The translations under genes and the position numbers were made by a program. From Octopus bimaculoides (Eukaryota), in contig NC_068986.1 of assembly GCF_001194135.2 (NCBI RefSeq), forward strand, positions 74,345,442-74,388,914: a DNA stretch of 43,473 bases, in the 5' to 3' direction. Position 1 is the stretch's first letter. Every line of letters begins with the position of its first letter. Positions 37,878 to 43,473 of the stretch are shown piece after piece. The notes below the pieces were generated by a model, which did no database searches, was not told where the DNA came from, and saw only the letters and a program-made list of their open reading frames with translations.

Positions 37878-38851
37878 TGTGTTTGTTTGTGTGTCTAACT
37901 GTGTATTTGCACAGTTTTATATACATATCCACATTTAAGTGGCGTTTGGCAAATTACATATCATTTAAAATCATTACAAATTAAAACTGACTAAAACGTT
38001 GAATGTATCTGTATTCAGCTGTACAAAGAAGTGTAATTGGAAAAAGATAAAATTTAGCTTCCATATTACTTAAACAGTACATATGTTAATATCTATAGAA
38101 AGTAGATACTCTTATAGAAACAGTATCTTAGATAATAGAATCAACTGCTATGGAAATATTGTATAAAGATGGTGATGTTTAAGAATCTTATTACTGGCTG
38201 TTTCGGGAGGAACCTCTTTGAAGTATGTTGTTTGGTAGGACTGGATTATAATCCACGTGCTTGTAAGTACCAATTTTGCAGTAGGTGTATTGTTGTACCT
38301 CCAAGTATGGCCTGTTAGGTATGGTTTGGTATGAATGAACAAAAGCAGGTTCCACTCTCTATTATTTGAGAGTTCATAGTTGGTTTAACAGTTGGAAGAA
38401 GAGAGTCCTTCATATCTTTTTCCTTCTAACTTTTACTTGTTTCAGTCACTGGATTGTGGCCATGCTGGAGCACTGCCTTGACTGGATTAGTGGATTAGTC
38501 AAAACAAAATTGACTCTGGCACTTACAGTTTTAAGTCTGGTACTGATTCTATTAGCCATGTTTGCTGAACTGCTAAGTTACAGGGACATGAACAAACTGA
38601 TATTGGTTCTCAAGGAGTGAGAGGAACAAACACAAATATGTATACTTCAACCATATAACCACACATGTACTTTTCTTGGACTATTCTTTGCCTTCTCTCT
38701 GGAGCTTTCCTTTTTCCACTTTCTGATGAAGAGCCATACTCAAAACATCTCCCCACCTTTTTTTCCATCTTAAACTGAATGTCATCCTAATATATTCACT
38801 TTGTACATATTTTTGACATTTGTCATTTTTATTTTTATTTTTTGATTTACC

Positions 38852-38916
<65 letters not shown>

Positions 38917-39429
38917 TCATATACTCTGTGGAGTGGTTGGTGTTAGGAAGGGCATCCAGCTGTAAAAACCTTACCAAAATAGACAAAGAAGTCTGGTGTG
39001 ATCTTCTACCTGGCCAGCTCCTGTCAAGCTGTCCAACCTATATAATGATGATAATGATGATGATGGGCTTCCACACAGTTTCCCTTGACCAAATTCACTC
39101 ACCAGGCATTGGTCAGTTCAGGACTGATCAATGCAGGAGACACTTGCCTGAGGTGCCTTGCAGTGGAGCTGAACCCAAAACCCGTGTGATCGCAAAGCAC
39201 AAAACAAGTTTGCTCTGACTAATAAGCCAATCACTCTGAATGATGCAAACAACAAGAACAATTCCAACAACAATTTTATTATCCATTTCACAACCATAGT
39301 AAACCAGGGACAATTTCATTGTTCATAGAACAACAACTACAACAACAACAGAACCAATCTTATCTATAGAACAAGAATAACAGAAAACATCTACAAGTAA
39401 TAATGCTATCATGTTAACAGGTAAAAAAA

Positions 39430-40400
39430 AAACTTATGATAATGGTGGGGGTGTGTGCTTGAGGTGGGTGTGTGTGCTTGAGGTGGGGTGATGGTAAAGG
39501 GTATGTGTGCAGTGGTGGTGGTGGTGGTGGTAGTAGTGGTGGTTATCAAGGTAGGCAAACATGACACAGTGAAGTCTCATGGATTTCAATAAATTTGTAC
39601 AACATGAGGAGGAAGACTTTCTCCCTTTCTTTGCAGCATACAAACTTAATCAGTGTTAACAACACTGTTAGTAACTCCAAACATACATAACAACACCACC
39701 AACACCACCTCCACCGCCACCACCACCACCTACACCACCACCAACACAACAACAACAACTGTTACAGGACACACACTGCGCTATCAGCTTGTTACACCAC
39801 CACCACCACTACCAACTCCTACCACTACTACTATCATCACTACTGCTACCACCACCATCTTTGTATCATATCCAATATTGCAATCACCACCACCACTACC
39901 ATCATCACAACCACCACCACCACCACCACTACCTTTGTATCACATCCACCACTGCAATCACCACCACCACCTCCATCATCACCATCCTTCCATCACCAAC
40001 TCCCACTGCCACCACCACCACTTAATTTGCAGCCTGCTGTACACTGTCTGATTGACAATGGTGCAGTGCAGTCAAGTGCATCTTCTGTGCATAAACATAT
40101 TTTAACTGTGTGCAGTGTTGTAATGATTAATGGATTCACCCTATGAATATAGGTGAAATGGCATCCCTTCACGTGAATGTATGATGTACATCTACATGTT
40201 CACTCGCACAGACACATACATACATACATGCACACACACACACACACATGCATGCACTCATGTACACTCACGTGCCTTTACCTATTCACCCACGCATCTT
40301 CACAAACACACATGTACACACACGCACACACACACAACATATGCATACATCTGTTTATACAGACACAATTAGACACACTCACACACATGCCTACATGTAC
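39430..40400. repeat. (GGT)n, (CAC)n and (CA)n low-complexity region
   Basis: Simple repeats; source of the His/Thr/Pro-rich pseudo-ORFs. Confidence 0.9.
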
Positions 40401-40413
40401 ACACATGTATCTT

Positions 40414-40644
40414 ATTTCATTATTGCCCACAAGGGGCTAAACATAGAGGGGACAAACAGGGACAGACAAAGGGATTAAGTCGATTACTTTGACCCCAAGT
40501 GCATAACAGGTACTTAATTTATCAACCCCGAAAGGATGAAAGGCAAAGTCAACCTCAGAGGAATTTGAACTCAGAACGTAAATGCAGACGAAATACCGCT
40601 AAGCATTTTGTCCGGCATGCTAACAATTCTGCCAGCTCACCGCT
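40414..40644 (-). mobile_element. SINE family A with TSD
   Basis: Reverse complement of 10797-11082 with a single 27-bp unit; 20-bp TSD catgt(a/g)cacacatgtatctt (40394-40413, 40645-40664). Confidence 0.9.
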
Positions 40645-40885
40645 CATGTGCACACATGTATCTTCATATAAAAGAGGGTGACTTTGGGTAAAAGAAAACA
40701 CAGGAAGATCAGTTAATTATGATCTTATTCAACATGTTTGCCTTCTCAGATTCACACACTTATTGCAGTGGTCCTTCAGCTTTTCTAAGCCCTGTAAAAG
40801 AACTTGGAAGGTTGGGCCTCCAACCAAGCCTTTTACAATACCCTGAAAGCCAGGAACTTTTCAGTACTCCTCATATATGTATATA

Positions 40886-41044
40886 GGTGCAGGCATGGCT
40901 GTGTGTAAGAAGCTAACTTCCCAACCATGTGGTTCAGGGTTCTGTCCCACTGCATGGTGTCTTGGGCAAGTGTCTTCTGCTATAGCTTCTGGCTGACCAA
41001 AGTCTTGTGAGTGGTTTTGGTAGACAGAAACTGAAAGAAGCCTG

Positions 41045-41089
<45 letters not shown>

Positions 41090-41275
41090 TCCCATCTGTC
41101 ACTGCTTGACAACCAGTGTTGGTGTGTTTACATTCCCGTAATTTAGTGGTTCAGCAAACGAGACCGATAGAGTAAGTACTAGGCTTAAAAAAATAAGTCG
41201 ATTTGTTCAGCTAATGCCCTTCAAGGTAGTGCTCCAGCATGGCCGCAGTCAAATAACTGAAACAAATAAAAGAAT
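40886..41275 (+). mobile_element. SINE family C
   Basis: Full head and tail, internal (GT)n. Further partial copies at about 38428-38635(-), 39065-39210(-) and 41965-42163(-). Confidence 0.85.
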
Positions 41276-41673
41276 ATAGATGTGTGTGTGTGTGTGTATA
41301 TATATTTATATATANNNNNNNNNNNNNNNNNNNNNNNNNNNNNNNNNNNNNNNNNNNNNNNNNNNNNNNNNNNNNNNNNNNNNNNNNNNNNNNNNNNNNN
41401 NNNNNNNNNNNNNNNNNNNNNNNNNNNNNNNNNNNNNNNNNNNNNNNNNNNNNNNNNNNNNNNNNNNNNNNNNNNNNNNNNNNNNNNNNNNNNNNNNNNN
41501 NNNNNNNNNNNNNNNNNNNNNNNNNNNNNNNNNNNNNNNNNNNNNNNNNNNNNNNNNNNNNNNNNNNNNNNNNNNNNNNNNNNNNNNNNNNNNNNNNNNN
41601 NNNNNNNNNNNNNNNNNNNNNNNNNNNNNNNNNNNNNNNNNNNNNNNNNNNNNNNNNNNNNNNNNNNNNNNNN

Positions 41674-41843
41674 TATTCAGTAGCCATGATAAAACACCGA
41701 GTTTCGGATGCCAGGGTGGGAGCCCACACCAACATCTCTTCAGTTATCCGGCCAATTGAAAATTCCTGTGAAAAAAAAGAGATGTTGGCGTGGGCTCCCA
41801 CCCTGGCATCCAAAACTCAGAGTTTTATCATGGCTACCGAATA
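41674..41843. repeat. Inverted repeat (67-bp arms visible, 36-nt spacer) abutting an assembly gap
   Basis: 41674-41740 versus the reverse complement of 41777-41843: 5 mismatches. Confidence 0.9.
41681..41754 (-). ncRNA. Type I hammerhead ribozyme-like motif
   Basis: Minus strand TGGCC G GATAA CTGAAGA GATGTTGG T GTGGG CT CCCAC C CTGGCATC C GAAA C TCGGT G TT TTATC AT GGCTA. All core nucleotides are present, with stems I, II and III and a GUU triplet. Confidence 0.65.
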
Positions 41844-42551
41844 AGTGTCACATATTTTTACAGATAAATTCCTCTATTTGCATAATATCGAGGTCTCTTT
41901 CTTTCTTTTGTTGTCCTTCCTGTCAAATATATATATATATAGATATCGATACATATATATTCTGTTATTGGTTTCAGTCATTTGACTGTGGTCTTGCTGG
42001 AACATCGTCTTTAGTTGAACAAATTGACCCCAAGACTTATTCTTTGTAAGCCTAGTTCTTATTCTATCGGTCTCTTTTGTGAAACCGTTAAGTTACAGGG
42101 ATGTAAACACACCAACATCAGTTGTCAAGCAATGGTGAGGGGATATACACAGACACAAAAGCATATATATATATATATATATAACAAAGCATATATATAT
42201 ATAACAAATGAAAGACAGAAGATGGAATATACGAGAATTTATTGTTAATCACGACAATTGTTTCGACCCATCTAGCATTGATTCCTCTTGGGTGGGACAC
42301 TCAACAACTGGTTGAGCTCATGAATGAAAGATACAGTAATACCAGAAAAATCATGATGGGTGAATAAAGGGAGCCAAAAATGTGATTGGGATGAGAGGGT
42401 GGTAGAGTTTTGAGAGAGTGACTGTTAGTAACTGAGGTGGATAAACAGTAAGAGTGAATAATCCTTTCAACTATAGGCACAAGGCATGAAATTTTGTTGG
42501 GGGTGGGGGACTAGTCTATTACATCAACTCTGTTTTCCTAACTGGTACTTA

Positions 42552-42591
<40 letters not shown>

Positions 42592-42592
<1 letters not shown>

Positions 42593-43473
42593 CATCATCA
42601 TCGTTTAACGTCCGCTTTCCATGCTAGCATGGGTTGGACGATTTGACTGAGGACTGGTGAAACCGGATGGTAACACCAGGCTCCAATCTAATTTGGCAGA
42701 GTTTCTACAGCTGGATGCCCTTCCTAACGCCAACCATTCCGAGAGTGTAGTGGGTGCTTTTACGTGTCCCCTGCACGAGGGTCAGTCAGGCGGTACTAGC
42801 AACGGCCACACTCAAAATGGTGTCTTTTATGTGCCACCCGCACAAGAGCCAGTCCAGGGGCACTGGCAACGATCTCGCTCGAAAATCCTATGGGAGCCAG
42901 TCAGGCGGTACTGGCAATGACCACGCTCAAAATGGTGCATCCCATGTGCCACCCGCACAAGAGCCAGTCCAGGGGCACTGGCAACGATCTCACTTGGCTT
43001 GCCGGGTCTTCTCACGCACAGCACATTTCCAAAGGTCTCGGTCAGTAGTCAGTAGTCATCGTCTCGGTGAGGCCCAATATTCGAAGGTCTTGCCTCACCA
43101 CCTCAGCCCAGGTCTTCCTGGGCCTACCTCTTCCACGGGTTCCCTCAATTGTTGGGTATGGCACTTTTTCACTCAGCTATCCTCATCCATTCTCACCACA
43201 TGTCCATACCAGCGCAATCGTCTCTCTTGCACACCACAACTGATGCTTCTTATGTTCAGCTTTTCTCTCAAGATACTTACACTCTGACGGGTATGCACAC
43301 TGACATTACACATTCAGTGGAGCATACTGGCTTCATTCCTTGCGAGCTTACGCATGTCCTCAGCAGTCACAGCCCATGTTTCACTGCCTTGTAGCATGGC
43401 TGTTCGTACACATGCATCATACAGTCTGCCTTTTACTCTGAGTGAGAGTCCCTTTGTCGCCAGCAGGGGTAAG
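42592..43473 (-). mobile_element. Relatively young RTE LINE 3' portion, continuing beyond the window
   Basis: 42990-43473 translates LPLLATKGLSLRVKGRLYDACVRTAMLQGSETW...ERRLRWYGHVVRMDED...GRGRPRKTWAEVVRQDL...EKTRQAK*, with two stops and frameshifts. Followed by the 3' UTR and an (ATG)n tail next to (AAT)n. Confidence 0.92.

Noticed and set aside
38150-38400. Possible mariner transposase remnant (YVVW*DWIIIH)
   Set aside because: Too short and degenerate to support without an HMM search; no TIRs seen.

Overview
AT-rich eukaryotic genomic DNA with seven N gaps, almost entirely intronic. It is probably a coleoid cephalopod (Octopus-like), inferred from the repeat families rather than from a search. 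The only host coding sequence I can support is three small + strand exons (9041-9196, 19175-19272, 33157-33298). They splice in frame into 132 codons of the FERM domain of a PLEKHH1/PLEKHH2 (MAX-1-like) MyTH4-FERM protein, across introns of 9,978 and 13,884 nt. Nearly all ORF-track entries are microsatellite or gap artefacts. The rest is tRNA-derived SINEs, RTE/CR1/R4-like LINE fragments, hAT and piggyBac-type MITEs, mini- and microsatellites, and three long inverted repeats. The most notable signal is that two of the inverted repeats each carry a type I hammerhead ribozyme-like fold on the antisense strand. Also notable are two restriction-endonuclease-type retrotransposon fragments embedded in different microsatellites, (TAA)n and (TACA)n. 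Family names A-D for SINEs are my working labels. Repeat boundaries without a stated TSD/TIR are approximate, and all homology calls are from recall of the families, not from database searches.
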